A stretch of 64,000 nt of DNA from an uncultured Staphylococcaceae bacterium (GCA_964504595.1 CAZDEE010000001.1:72983-136982), one strand, 5' to 3'; positions 1 through 9,690 are shown, numbered from the stretch's first letter. Notes: generated from the letters alone by a model not told the origin. Numbers and translations are program-made.

Positions 1-402
1 GCCTTAGACTACGTCAGAAGTAACGCAACTAAGTATGGAATTGATCCAACAATCTTTATGAATGAAGATATTCATATTCATTTTCCAGAAGGTGCTGTAC
101 CAAAAGATGGACCTTCTGCGGGGGTTGCAATAACTTTAGCTATTATTTCTTCATTAACCGGAAGAAAGGTAAAATCAAGTGTTGCAATGACTGGAGAAGT
201 TACATTAAGAGGTAAGGCATTCCCAATTGGAGGATTAAGAGAAAAATCACTCGCGGCCTCAAGATCTGGAATATCCACTATTATTATTCCTCGTGATAAC
301 GAAAAGAATTTAGAAGAAATTCCTCTTGAAGTTAGAGAAAAACTCAATATCATTCTTATGGATAATGTTGATGACGCAATTGAAATTGCATTAGGAAATT
401 AA
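1..402 (+). CDS. lon: Lon protease, C-terminal (S16 peptidase domain) fragment; the 5' end lies outside the window
   Basis: The reading frame is open from nt 1. The motif PKDGPSAGVAITLAIISSLTGRKV..MTGEVTLRG..PIGGLREK is the Lon catalytic Ser region. engB immediately follows, as in B. subtilis lonA-ysxC. Confidence 0.8.
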   Translation, partial: ALDYVRSNATKYGIDPTIFMNEDIHIHFPEGAVPKDGPSAGVAITLAIISSLTGRKVKSSVAMTGEVTLRGKAFPIGGLREKSLAASRSGISTIIIPRDNEKNLEEIPLEVREKLNIILMDNVDDAIEIALGN

Positions 403-403
403 G

Positions 404-988
404 ATGGATTTTAGAAAAGCTAGATTTGTCAAATCGACTCCAACGTATAAAGATGCACCAGACGATTCAAATGGTGAGATCCTATTTATTGGTAGATCTA
501 ATGTTGGTAAAAGTTCATTAATTAATGCTTTATGTGATAATAGTTCTCTTGCTTTTACTTCTTCTAAACCGGGACATACAAGACTTTTAAACTATTTTCT
601 GCTTGATGATAGCAAATATCTAGTTGACGCTCCAGGATATGGATATAGTTCCGCTGGAAAAAAGCACACTTTAATATTTGGAGATATGATGGAAGAATAT
701 TTTTCAAGTAATAAAAATTTAAGAGGAATAGTATTTCTTTTAGATTCTAGAAGAGTGCCAAATGAAGAAGATATTGAATTAATTAACTATATTGAAGAAT
801 GCAATATTCCTTATGTTATCGTGATGACAAAATGCGATAAATTGAATCAAAAAGAAACTGCTTTAATGAAAAAGAATTTAAAAATTTCTTTTGAAAATAT
901 TGAAGAACAACAAATTTATTTTGTTTCAATCAAAAATAAAGCTTCTTTACAAAATATTCGTAATGTCATACAAAATTTATTATATTAG
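404..988 (+). CDS. engB: Ribosome-biogenesis GTPase EngB/YsxC
   Basis: The G1 motif GRSNVGKSSLINAL and G3 motif DAPGYG are present. Length is 194 aa. It lies directly downstream of lon. Confidence 0.85.
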   Translation: MDFRKARFVKSTPTYKDAPDDSNGEILFIGRSNVGKSSLINALCDNSSLAFTSSKPGHTRLLNYFLLDDSKYLVDAPGYGYSSAGKKHTLIFGDMMEEYFSSNKNLRGIVFLLDSRRVPNEEDIELINYIEECNIPYVIVMTKCDKLNQKETALMKKNLKISFENIEEQQIYFVSIKNKASLQNIRNVIQNLLY

Positions 989-998
989 TTTATAAATC

Positions 999-1030
999 AA
1001 CCATCGAAAGCTATTTTCGGTGGTTTTTTT
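999..1030 (+). terminator. Rho-independent terminator after engB
   Basis: Stem ACCATCGAAAG / TTTTCGGTGG followed by TTTTTTT. Confidence 0.5.
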
Positions 1031-1173
1031 ACTTAATTTTTAAAGTCATTTTATAAGAATTATCCTTGCTTTTTTTAAGTTTTATGATTTTGTTTTTATT
1101 AGGAGTTAAAGTTAATTCTTTGTTAAGCATTTTTTTGATATTAAGATAATAATCTTTATTAGGAGGTTTTGTT

Positions 1174-2013
1174 ATGCCATTATTTACTCTTAATAAAGTT
1201 GTAAAATGTCCCCATAGTGTTAAATCCTTAAGTAATATTTTAATCGATGATGATTTTTCTTATATTACTCTTTACGAAGGTATAAGAGTGCAGGGTAAAA
1301 TCAATATTAAATTTGATTACGAGGATGAACTAGAATCATCTTCACATCAAGATACATTAGATGTTGATATAATGTGCCCTAATGAGCAAATAAGTGATAT
1401 TAGAGGTATTCTTTTAAAAATAAGTGATTATTCCTATCAAATAAATGACGATGAAATTAAATTCGTTTTTAAGTGTGTTTTAGAAGGAAAAGAACCAATT
1501 AAAGAAGTATTTGATTATAATGAAAAAAATTCATTTTTAGAAATTGAAGTGCCTCAAACAGAATTAATTCTTTCCAAAACCCGTTCATATTTAACAAAAG
1601 AAGAAGCGGAATCTTTAGAAGCACTACTTGAAAACGATAATGTCGAAGTAATAACAAATATCGAAGAAAACTGTGAAAATACTACCATTAATTTAGAAGA
1701 AAAAATGACTGATGGAATTGAAGTTTTTGATTCTAAAAAAGATGCAAGAGAAGATATAGAAGAAAAAGAAGAGATAAATGACGAAATAAAAGAGGAAAAA
1801 TCTTTAAGAGAAGAAGAAGCATCTGCTTTCTATAATCAAGAAAAAGTAAATAAAGGATTAATTAAAGATGAAAGTGTGACAATAGTGTCTTCTTATTATC
1901 GAGTGACTAATAATGATACCGATGAAACTATTATGCAAAAATGCAATATTTCCTTTGATGAATTAAGAAGTTTAAATATCAAAGAAGGTCAATTGATTAA
2001 GATAAAAAAATGA
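1174..2013 (+). CDS. Acidic (Glu/Asp-rich) protein with a C-terminal LysM domain; SpoVID-like by position
   Basis: The C-terminus YYRVTNNDTDETIMQKCNISFDELRSLNIKEGQLIKIK fits the LysM consensus (Y.V..GDTL..IA..Y.V....L...N.....I..GQ.L.IP). The central region is highly acidic. In B. subtilis, spoVID-ysxE sit between engB/hem and valS. Confidence 0.4.
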   Translation: MPLFTLNKVVKCPHSVKSLSNILIDDDFSYITLYEGIRVQGKINIKFDYEDELESSSHQDTLDVDIMCPNEQISDIRGILLKISDYSYQINDDEIKFVFKCVLEGKEPIKEVFDYNEKNSFLEIEVPQTELILSKTRSYLTKEEAESLEALLENDNVEVITNIEENCENTTINLEEKMTDGIEVFDSKKDAREDIEEKEEINDEIKEEKSLREEEASAFYNQEKVNKGLIKDESVTIVSSYYRVTNNDTDETIMQKCNISFDELRSLNIKEGQLIKIKK

Positions 2014-2945
2014 TTAATTTAATATATGAAAAATATAATATTAAAGTCGATTCAATATTAAAAATTTCTTCTAAAGTTTATAAAATATATAGTAAAAACG
2101 GACAATATATATTTAAATATCATCCTTCTTCATCATTAGAAGTTATTTTTTCTCGGTTAAATATGCTTAATTTAGATATATTTTTAATTCCAATTCGATC
2201 TATATATGGAAAATATATCGAGAGTGATGAAAATTACTTCTTTTCTTTAACTCCCTATATTGAAGATGAAGAACACTTAAATAAAGATATAAGACTACAT
2301 TTTTATATAAAAGCACTAGGTTATTTACATCATAATTCTCTTTATGAAGTTAAAGTAAGTGATGGTTTTTTTGAAGAATCTTTAAACTATTTAGAAAACT
2401 TAATCGTGGATACTAAAACGCTTTTAACATCTCGAATTGAACGGATTGAAAAAGAGGCCTATCATAAACCTAGTGATTGGTATTTTATTAATATTTATGA
2501 TCATCTTTTAAAAGCTCTATTAGAAGCAAATAGACGTTTAGATATATTAGAGAATATGTGGAAAAAAGCGGGCTCAATTCGCCTTTCTTTAACTTATCAA
2601 AATTTTAATTATGATCACATTATTGTTAAGTATGGGAAAATTGTTTCTCTAGATAAAATGGCAATTGCTCCATCGATATATGATTTAAAATCATTATTTG
2701 AAGAAGCATACAAAACAAAGATTGATATCGCCTCTTTATTTAAGGAATATTTAGCAATTCATAACTTAGAGAATTATGAAAGAGAGTGGTTATTAACTTT
2801 TTTATTCATTCCTGATATAAAATTCTATAATGATGATATAAAGGACTTAGAATCATTATTTTCGGCAATTGAATATCTGACCGTTGTTGAAGAATTTGCA
2901 TTAAATTTAAGTAAAATGACAGAAAAAACAAAAAGCAATGATTAA
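2010..2945 (+). CDS. CotS/YsxE-like protein (kinase-like fold, spore-coat associated family)
   Basis: The ATGA start/stop overlaps the upstream gene. Size and position match ysxE, which lies immediately upstream of valS in B. subtilis. Motif support is weak. Confidence 0.35.
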   Translation: MINLIYEKYNIKVDSILKISSKVYKIYSKNGQYIFKYHPSSSLEVIFSRLNMLNLDIFLIPIRSIYGKYIESDENYFFSLTPYIEDEEHLNKDIRLHFYIKALGYLHHNSLYEVKVSDGFFEESLNYLENLIVDTKTLLTSRIERIEKEAYHKPSDWYFINIYDHLLKALLEANRRLDILENMWKKAGSIRLSLTYQNFNYDHIIVKYGKIVSLDKMAIAPSIYDLKSLFEEAYKTKIDIASLFKEYLAIHNLENYEREWLLTFLFIPDIKFYNDDIKDLESLFSAIEYLTVVEEFALNLSKMTEKTKSND

Positions 2946-2974
2946 AACCTTTTATTTTTTATCTTTATTTGTTA

Positions 2975-3190
2975 AAATTATAGCGTGTTGAACAAGAGGA
3001 GTACGAAATATTAACTTTAAAGAGAGTTCTTGGCTGGTGAAAAAGAACAAGTAATATTAGGAATGTCGCTTGGGAGCTTGGTGATATACCCGTAAACTTG
3101 CGAAAAAAGTAAAGTGCTTAGTTTTAACTAAGAACAAAGGTGGTACCGCGCTTATTAGCGTCCTTTGAATAGGACGTTTTTTATTTTTAT
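2975..3190 (+). promoter_or_regulatory. T-box riboswitch leader (tRNA-sensing antiterminator) of valS
   Basis: The conserved T-box sequence AAGGTGGTACCGCG lies at 3137-3150. It is followed by the terminator GCGTCCTttgaatAGGACG plus a T-run at 3158-3186, directly upstream of valS. Confidence 0.8.
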
Positions 3191-3203
3191 TAGGAGGATT
3201 ATT

Positions 3204-5807
3204 ATGGCATTAGAGAAACGTTATGATCATGTAAAAGTCGAAGAAGGAAAATATGAAAATTGGAAAGAAAAAGGATATTTTAGATGTGGAGAAGTTGATG
3301 GACCAAAGTTTTCAATGGTTATTCCACCTCCAAATGTTACAGGTAAATTACATATTGGACATGCATTTAATACGACCGTTCAAGACATTTTAGCGCGTTA
3401 TAAAAAAGCATGTGGATATGATGTTTTATGGCTTCCTGGAATGGATCATGCCGGCATTGCCACTCAAGCTAAAGTTGATGCTCGTCTTCGTGAACAAGAA
3501 ATCTCTCGTTATGATATAGGAAGAGAAGCCTTTTTAAAAGAAGCTTGGAAATGGAAAGATGAATATGCCGCTTCTATACACGAACAATGGAAAACCATGG
3601 GCTTAATGCTTGATTATTCAAAAGAAAGATTTACTCTTGATGAAGGTCTTTCAAAAGCGGTTAATCATGTTTTTGTTACTTTGTACAATAAAGGCTTAAT
3701 TTATCAAGGTGAAAGAATTATTAACTGGGATCCAGTTCAATTAACAGCGTTAAGTAATATTGAAGTTATTCATAAAGATGATAAAGGTTGCTTCTATTAT
3801 TTTAAATATTGGCTTGAAGATCGCAGTCAATATTTAGAGGTTGCCACAACAAGACCAGAAACCATGTTTGGTGATGTATGTGTCGTTGTTAATCCAAATG
3901 ATGAAAGATACAAAGATATTGTTGGTAAGAAAGTTTATAACCCTGCAAATGGTGATTTATTGCCAGTTATTGCTGATGATTATGTTGAATTAGATTTTGG
4001 TACTGGCGCTATGAAATGTACTCCTGCTCACGATCCTAATGACTTTATTATCGGTGAAAAATATGGATTCCCACATCCTATTTGTATGAATAAAGATGCA
4101 ACAATGAACTCTTTAGCAGGTAAATATGAAGGCTTAGATCGTTTTGAATGTCGTAATAAACTAGTTGAAGATATCAAAAATAATGGTGATTTAATTAAAA
4201 TTGAAGAAATTGTTCACCCTGTTGGTCACTCTGAAAGAAGTGACGCCATTGTTGAGCCATACTTATCAAAACAATGGTTTATTAAAATGCGTCCTCTAGC
4301 GGATCAAGCATTAGCAAATCAAAATACTGAAGATAAAGTAAATTTCTATCCAAATAGATTTGAAAAAGTTTTTACTTCATGGATGGAAAAAGTTGACGAT
4401 TGGTGCATATCTCGTCAATTATGGTGGGGACATCGTATACCTGCTTATTACCATAAAGTCACTGGTGAAGTTGTGGTTAGTGAAGTTCCACCTAAAGATA
4501 TTGAAAATTATGTTCAAGATGAAGATGTCTTAGATACTTGGTTTTCAAGTGCTTTATGGCCATTCTCAACTTTAGGTTGGCCAAATGATACCGAAGATTT
4601 AAAGAAGTATTTCCCAATCGATGTAATGGTAACAGCCTATGATATTATTTTCTTCTGGGTTAGTAGAATGATTTTCCAATCCCTTGAATTTACTTCAAAA
4701 GCGCCATTTAAGGACTGTTTAATTCATGGCTTGATAAGAGACCCTGAAGGACGTAAAATGTCAAAATCTCTTGGGAATGGTGTCGATCCAATCAAGGTTA
4801 TTGAAGATTATGGTGCGGATGCTTTGAGATATTTCATTACTACAAATTCGACACCAGGACTTGATTCCCGTTATAGTGATGAAAAATTACAAGCTGCATC
4901 AAACTATTTAAATAAAATTTGGAATGCCGCAAGATATATTTTATTGAATCTTCCAGAAGATTTTAAAGAAGAAAAGTTAGATTTTAATTCTTTAAATTCT
5001 TTAGATCAATTTATTTTATCAAAATTAGAAATTACAATTGCAAATGTTAAAGCAAACATGGATAAATATGAACTTGCAAATGCTTCAACTCATTTATATA
5101 ACTTTGTTTATGATGATTTCTGTTCTTGGTATCTAGAAATGTCAAAAGTTACTTTACAAAGTAATGATAAAGAAGCAATTGAAAAAACATATCAAGTTTT
5201 ATACAAGTGCTTAAAAGGTATATTAATGATGATTTATCCATATACTCCTTTCTTTGCGGAAGAAATATATTTGAATTTACCACAACATTTAGATTCTATT
5301 ATGCTTGAGAAATATCCTGCTTATGAAGAAAATTTGATTTCAAAGACCGCGACTAATGAAGTAGAAACACTTATTTCGTTAATAAAGGATGTTAGAAGTT
5401 ATAAAGTTGAACGCCAATTAGCGCCTAACGCAAGCATTAAAATGCATATATTGGATAAAAATAATGTCTTCCAAAAATATATTCCTTATATTGAAAGATT
5501 TACTTTTGCTAAAGAAATTATTTTTGAAACTGATTCATTAACTTCAAATAAGGCTACGATCTTTGTTTATAATGAACTAGAAATTGCTCTTATTGATGAT
5601 ACAAATGTTGATGAGTTAATTGCAAAATTAGACGAAGAAATAAAGATGCTTGAAAGTGAAGTTGCTCGTTCTAATAAGATGCTTTCAAATCCTGGATTTT
5701 TAGCGAAGGCTCCTGAACAAAAGATTAATTTAGAAAAAGAGAAACTTCAAAAGTATCTTGAACGATTAAATACATGTTTACAAAAAAAAGAAGCTTTAAT
5801 TAAATAA
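3204..5807 (+). CDS. valS: Valyl-tRNA synthetase
   Basis: Class I motifs are present: HIGH appears as PPNVTGKLHIGHA and KMSKS is present. There is a C-terminal coiled coil. An AGGAGG RBS sits 6 nt upstream of ATG 3204. The ORF-track start at 3165 lies inside the terminator and is rejected. Confidence 0.95.
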   Translation: MALEKRYDHVKVEEGKYENWKEKGYFRCGEVDGPKFSMVIPPPNVTGKLHIGHAFNTTVQDILARYKKACGYDVLWLPGMDHAGIATQAKVDARLREQEISRYDIGREAFLKEAWKWKDEYAASIHEQWKTMGLMLDYSKERFTLDEGLSKAVNHVFVTLYNKGLIYQGERIINWDPVQLTALSNIEVIHKDDKGCFYYFKYWLEDRSQYLEVATTRPETMFGDVCVVVNPNDERYKDIVGKKVYNPANGDLLPVIADDYVELDFGTGAMKCTPAHDPNDFIIGEKYGFPHPICMNKDATMNSLAGKYEGLDRFECRNKLVEDIKNNGDLIKIEEIVHPVGHSERSDAIVEPYLSKQWFIKMRPLADQALANQNTEDKVNFYPNRFEKVFTSWMEKVDDWCISRQLWWGHRIPAYYHKVTGEVVVSEVPPKDIENYVQDEDVLDTWFSSALWPFSTLGWPNDTEDLKKYFPIDVMVTAYDIIFFWVSRMIFQSLEFTSKAPFKDCLIHGLIRDPEGRKMSKSLGNGVDPIKVIEDYGADALRYFITTNSTPGLDSRYSDEKLQAASNYLNKIWNAARYILLNLPEDFKEEKLDFNSLNSLDQFILSKLEITIANVKANMDKYELANASTHLYNFVYDDFCSWYLEMSKVTLQSNDKEAIEKTYQVLYKCLKGILMMIYPYTPFFAEEIYLNLPQHLDSIMLEKYPAYEENLISKTATNEVETLISLIKDVRSYKVERQLAPNASIKMHILDKNNVFQKYIPYIERFTFAKEIIFETDSLTSNKATIFVYNELEIALIDDTNVDELIAKLDEEIKMLESEVARSNKMLSNPGFLAKAPEQKINLEKEKLQKYLERLNTCLQKKEALIK

Positions 5808-5831
5808 TTTTTTTAGGAATTTTATGATTTT

Positions 5832-5862
5832 CCTCCTAATTATATATAGGAGGGATTTTTTT
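5832..5862 (+). terminator. Hairpin plus T-run after valS; its 3' arm is the RBS of the next ORF
   Basis: CCTCCTA attatata TAGGAGG followed by GATTTTTTT. The alternative pairing TTAGGA(5813-5818)/TCCTAA(5834-5839) is mutually exclusive with this hairpin. Confidence 0.45.
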
Positions 5863-6045
5863 ATGGAACCACGAGAATTAACATTTTTGGAAATGTCTTC
5901 TCTAGATGGTGGAGAAGCGATAACATTAACTGCAATTTTAGCGGTGATGGCGGTTGCTATAGTCGCGGTAGTTTGCTATCGACTTTTCATGTCTAATGAA
6001 GGCTCAGTAACTCTTCCAGGTGGATATAAGTTTAGCTGGGATTAA
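5863..6045 (+). CDS. Small (60 aa) single-pass membrane protein of unknown function
   Basis: An AGGAGG sits 9 nt upstream. There is one hydrophobic helix, ITLTAILAVMAVAIVAVVCY. The stop TAA overlaps the radC ATG (TAATG). Confidence 0.4.
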   Translation: MEPRELTFLEMSSLDGGEAITLTAILAVMAVAIVAVVCYRLFMSNEGSVTLPGGYKFSWD

Positions 6046-6716
6046 TGAGAATAAAAGATCTCGATGAAAGTCTTAGACCGCGTGAAAAAGCAAAAAGATA
6101 TGGTATTGAAGCCCTAGATACTAGTGAACTAATTGCTTTAATTATTGGAAGTGGTGTGAAAGGTTGTTCCGCGCTTGATATCGGAAGAACGTTATTAATG
6201 AAACATGATTTATCTTCTTTTTTTAAACTTGATTATTGTGCTTTAAAAAGCGAACGAGGATTTAAAGACCCCACCATCTTTCGCTTATTAGGCGCGATTG
6301 AATTGTGCAAAAGGATTAATAAAACAAATAAAAGCATTACCACTAAAATAGATTCTATAAATCAAGTTTTAGATATATATAACAATGAACTATCAATTTT
6401 GGATTATGAAGTGATTGTTCTTATTATGCTTAATAACCAAAATCGAATAATTAAGGAAGAAGTTTTATCAAAAGGAAGTTCCACCGACACATCATTTTCA
6501 CCAGTAGATTTATTTAGATGTCTTTTAAAAGAAGGGACAAGAAAATTTTATTTATTACATAATCATCCTAGTGGAAATAAAAATCCTAGTACGAATGATA
6601 TTTATTACACTCTAGAATTAATAAAATTATGTAATAATGTCGGTATTAAATTAATTGATCATATAATCATTTCCCAATACAATTATTTTTCTTTTAAGGA
6701 AAACAACTTAATGTGA
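6045..6716 (+). CDS. radC: RadC-like JAB/MPN domain protein (UPF0758)
   Basis: An N-terminal HhH-like region is followed by the HNHPSG motif characteristic of RadC JAB domains. Confidence 0.8.
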   Translation: MRIKDLDESLRPREKAKRYGIEALDTSELIALIIGSGVKGCSALDIGRTLLMKHDLSSFFKLDYCALKSERGFKDPTIFRLLGAIELCKRINKTNKSITTKIDSINQVLDIYNNELSILDYEVIVLIMLNNQNRIIKEEVLSKGSSTDTSFSPVDLFRCLLKEGTRKFYLLHNHPSGNKNPSTNDIYYTLELIKLCNNVGIKLIDHIIISQYNYFSFKENNLM

Positions 6717-6752
6717 GTTTATTCGACATTTAATTCCGTTATAGTAAATGCG

Positions 6753-7280
6753 GTGATTAAAATGGAACAACTTATTATAAGTTTAAAAGAGGATACTGAA
6801 GAAAGTCTAAGATTAGTAAAAGAACAACTGGAAGAGTGCTGTTTTAGTAAAAAAAGAGTGGAAATCACTTTGGATTGTAGTTTTTTACCAACCCCAATCT
6901 TTATGTATAAGATATTCACTCTTTTTTTTGATTATCAAATTGCTTTTTTTAAAAAAGTTAAATATAAAAAAGAAAAACAAATGGAAATATTAGAAATTAC
7001 GCTTCGTAATGGCGAGCAATTAGAAATAAATTCACCAACAATTATTATCGGTGATATTCATAAAGAAGCAATTTTGCATGTCCATGATCTTCTTTTTGTA
7101 TCAGGAAATGTTGAAGGAACAATTTATTTATATAAAAATAAGGGAGCAATTTTTGCAGAGAACTTTTCTTCTTCAAAACTAATCTTTGAAAATGATGTTA
7201 TTAAAATATTAAATGGAAAGAAAATATATTTCGATAATTTAAAAGGAGGCAATATTTTATGGCGCGTTCTATCGTTATAA
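6753..7280 (+). CDS. minC: Septum site-determining protein MinC (short)
   Basis: The C-terminal beta-helix pattern IIGDIHKEAILHVHDLLFVSGNVEG resembles the MinC C-terminal domain. It lies directly upstream of minD. Confidence 0.5.
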   Translation: MIKMEQLIISLKEDTEESLRLVKEQLEECCFSKKRVEITLDCSFLPTPIFMYKIFTLFFDYQIAFFKKVKYKKEKQMEILEITLRNGEQLEINSPTIIIGDIHKEAILHVHDLLFVSGNVEGTIYLYKNKGAIFAENFSSSKLIFENDVIKILNGKKIYFDNLKGGNILWRVLSL

Positions 7281-8029
7281 CTAGTGGTAAAGGAGGAGTT
7301 GGAAAATCGACAATCACAGCGTTACTAGGTAAAAAACTAGCGAAATTAGGAAAAAAAGTGGTCTTAATTGATGCTGATTTAGGATTGAAAAATTTGGATG
7401 TTATTTTAAATGTTGAAAATCGAGTGATTTATGATTTAGAAGACGTTATAAAGGGTCGTACTTCCTTAAATAAAGCACTAATTCAAGACAAAGAATTTAA
7501 TAATCTATTTTTACTACCTGCATCGCTTAAAATTGATATTTTAAAATTTAACCATGAGTATTTTATGACAATACTTAATGAATTAAATAAGGATTTTGAT
7601 TATATATTAATCGATAGCCCGGCAGGAATTGAAAGAGGCTTTTATAATGCGATTAAAGGGGCAAATGAAGCAATTGTTATAAGTACACTTGATAAATCCT
7701 CAATTAAAGACGCTGATAAAGTTATAGGTATATTAAAAGGTGAACAGTTTGTTAATATAAAACTTATTGTCAATAAAATAAGTAAAAAAGGTATAAAAAA
7801 TAACTATGACTTGGATATTAATGACGTATTAAGAGTTTTAGGAATACCACTTCTCGGATACATGTATGAAGAACAAAATATTAGAAAAATTCAAAATTAT
7901 GGTAATAATATCAAATTATTAAACGAAGAAAACATATTAAAAATTGCCTTACGAATAAGTGGTGAAAAATATCAAATTAGCAATGAATCTTTTATTTCAA
8001 AGCTAATAAAAAGAGTCAAGTCATCATAG
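7259..8029 (+). CDS. minD: Septum site-determining ATPase MinD
   Basis: Deviant Walker A motif ITSGKGGVGKST. Typical MinD length and context. Confidence 0.85.
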   Translation: MARSIVITSGKGGVGKSTITALLGKKLAKLGKKVVLIDADLGLKNLDVILNVENRVIYDLEDVIKGRTSLNKALIQDKEFNNLFLLPASLKIDILKFNHEYFMTILNELNKDFDYILIDSPAGIERGFYNAIKGANEAIVISTLDKSSIKDADKVIGILKGEQFVNIKLIVNKISKKGIKNNYDLDINDVLRVLGIPLLGYMYEEQNIRKIQNYGNNIKLLNEENILKIALRISGEKYQISNESFISKLIKRVKSS

Positions 8030-8039
8030 TATATAGTAG

Positions 8040-8615
8040 GTGATAAAAATGGATGATATTGAAACAATAAAAAAAAGAATTGAAAATACTGCTTACAAAA
8101 AAGGTTCTATATACAAGATAATGATGACAATTTTACTAGTTGCTGCATTAGGTATAGGATTTTTAATTTATGCTCGAAATGATCCTGAGGCAACCTTCCT
8201 TAATAGTATTTTTGGAAGCAGTCTAAATTTCCACTATTTAAATGAAAATGTTGATAAAACTCTCGATAGAATGTTCAATTTTAATATTATTGGTAATAAT
8301 GATAAAGATTTACCGGTAAGTGGATCGGTTAATTATATAAGTTTAGGTGAAGATTTATATAAGTGTGATGATCAGCAAGTAAAAATGCTAAAAAAAGGCA
8401 TAGTTTCATATATTGAAAAAGACACAAATTCATATTTTGTCGTTATTTCTTATCAAAATAGCATAAAAGCCTCTTATTTTTTCTTAGAATCATTATTAGT
8501 TAAAGTTGGCGATGAATTAAAAAAAGGTGATACATTTGCTAATTATGAAAGTGAGTTTAAAGTCATCTTTACTAAAAATAATAAAAAAATAACATATGAA
8601 GAAGTTTTTAATTAA
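8040..8615 (+). CDS. Membrane protein with a degenerate LytM/M23-like C-terminal domain; SpoIVFA-like
   Basis: An N-terminal TM helix is followed by the C-terminal stretch VKVGDELKKGDTFANY, reminiscent of M23. Its position between minD and an S2P protease matches spoIVFA-spoIVFB in B. subtilis. Confidence 0.4.
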   Translation: MIKMDDIETIKKRIENTAYKKGSIYKIMMTILLVAALGIGFLIYARNDPEATFLNSIFGSSLNFHYLNENVDKTLDRMFNFNIIGNNDKDLPVSGSVNYISLGEDLYKCDDQQVKMLKKGIVSYIEKDTNSYFVVISYQNSIKASYFFLESLLVKVGDELKKGDTFANYESEFKVIFTKNNKKITYEEVFN

Positions 8616-9387
8616 TTTTTATATTAGTCCTTTTACAGTGATATATATCGGATTATCACTTGTTTTAGGACGTTTTTACTATTTGTTTATTCATTTATTT
8701 GTAGCTTTAATTCATGAATTATCCCATGTTTTAATGGCTGTTGCTTTAAGGATGAAAGTTAAAGAAATAGAGGTATTACCATTTGGATTTTATGCTTCTT
8801 TTGATGATTTAGAAAGTCATAGTCCACTTAAGCAAATTCTAGTTCTTATTAGTGGATTATTATCAATTTTTTTAAGTTTAGCGATATTAAAAGCTTTATA
8901 TAAATTTAATATTTTATCTATTTATGGTTATAATCACGGAATCGAAGCCTCGATAAATGTTCTCCTATTTAATCTATTTCCTATTTATCCTTTGGATGGA
9001 AATAGAATTATTTATGCCTTTTTATCATATTTTTTTGAAGAGAGTAAAACAAAGATTTTAACTTGTCTAATATCTTTAGCATTTTGCTTGTTTATGATTA
9101 TATATTTATTTAGAATTAACCAAATCGTTATAGCGGTTTTTCTTTTAATAAATGCGATTAAATATCCATTATTGTCATATCAAAATTATATGAAGTTTCT
9201 TTTACTTCGTCGTTATGATAAAGAAAAAAGAAAAGTAAAAATTTCATCTAAAATACGATTATTTAGACATTATGAGAACTATTATTATAAAGATAATAAT
9301 TTATATGATGAAAACTTTATTGTCGAAAAAAAGATTATTGCTTTAGCTAAAACTAAGAAAACATTTATTAAAAAATTTAAGTGCTAA
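8596..9387 (+). CDS. Site-2 protease (M50 family), SpoIVFB-like
   Basis: HELSH (the HExxH motif) lies in a TM segment. The second motif NLFPIYPLDGNRI (LDG) is also present. It is a polytopic membrane protein. Confidence 0.7.
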   Translation: MKKFLINFYISPFTVIYIGLSLVLGRFYYLFIHLFVALIHELSHVLMAVALRMKVKEIEVLPFGFYASFDDLESHSPLKQILVLISGLLSIFLSLAILKALYKFNILSIYGYNHGIEASINVLLFNLFPIYPLDGNRIIYAFLSYFFEESKTKILTCLISLAFCLFMIIYLFRINQIVIAVFLLINAIKYPLLSYQNYMKFLLLRRYDKEKRKVKISSKIRLFRHYENYYYKDNNLYDENFIVEKKIIALAKTKKTFIKKFKC

Positions 9388-9449
9388 AATGATTTATAGT
9401 AATTTGAATGAGTAAAATCATTAAAAAACAGCTGAAAATTAAAAAAATA

Positions 9450-9477
9450 TTGATTATTTGTTTATTTGTGATATCAT
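9450..9477 (+). promoter_or_regulatory. SigA-type promoter for the riboswitch/ABC operon
   Basis: -35 TTGATT (9450-9455). A 16-nt spacer follows. Extended -10 TGaTATCAT (9469-9477). Confidence 0.4.
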
Positions 9478-9483
9478 GAATTA

Positions 9484-9690
9484 GATAAAAAAATTAGAGG
9501 AAGCGGTGCATCAGAGTAAGTTCTAGAGAAGGCATTCGATGAAGGAACTGAAAGGTAATCATCGCCGAACAAGGTTTTTAGGCATAAACATCTTGTGGGG
9601 TTATAGGAAATACTTATAACACTCCTACTTATTTAAGTAGAGGCGCTAGTAAATTTGATTTAATGAAGCGCCTTGTGGCGTTTTTTTATT
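9484..9690 (+). promoter_or_regulatory. Probable lysine (L-box) riboswitch with an intrinsic terminator
   Basis: L-box-like conserved segments are present: AGAGGAAGCGGTGC, CTGAAAGG, TCATCGCCGAAC and GGGGTTATAGG. The expression platform ends in GAGGCGC...GCGCCTTGTGGCG followed by TTTTTTT. Confidence 0.5.
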
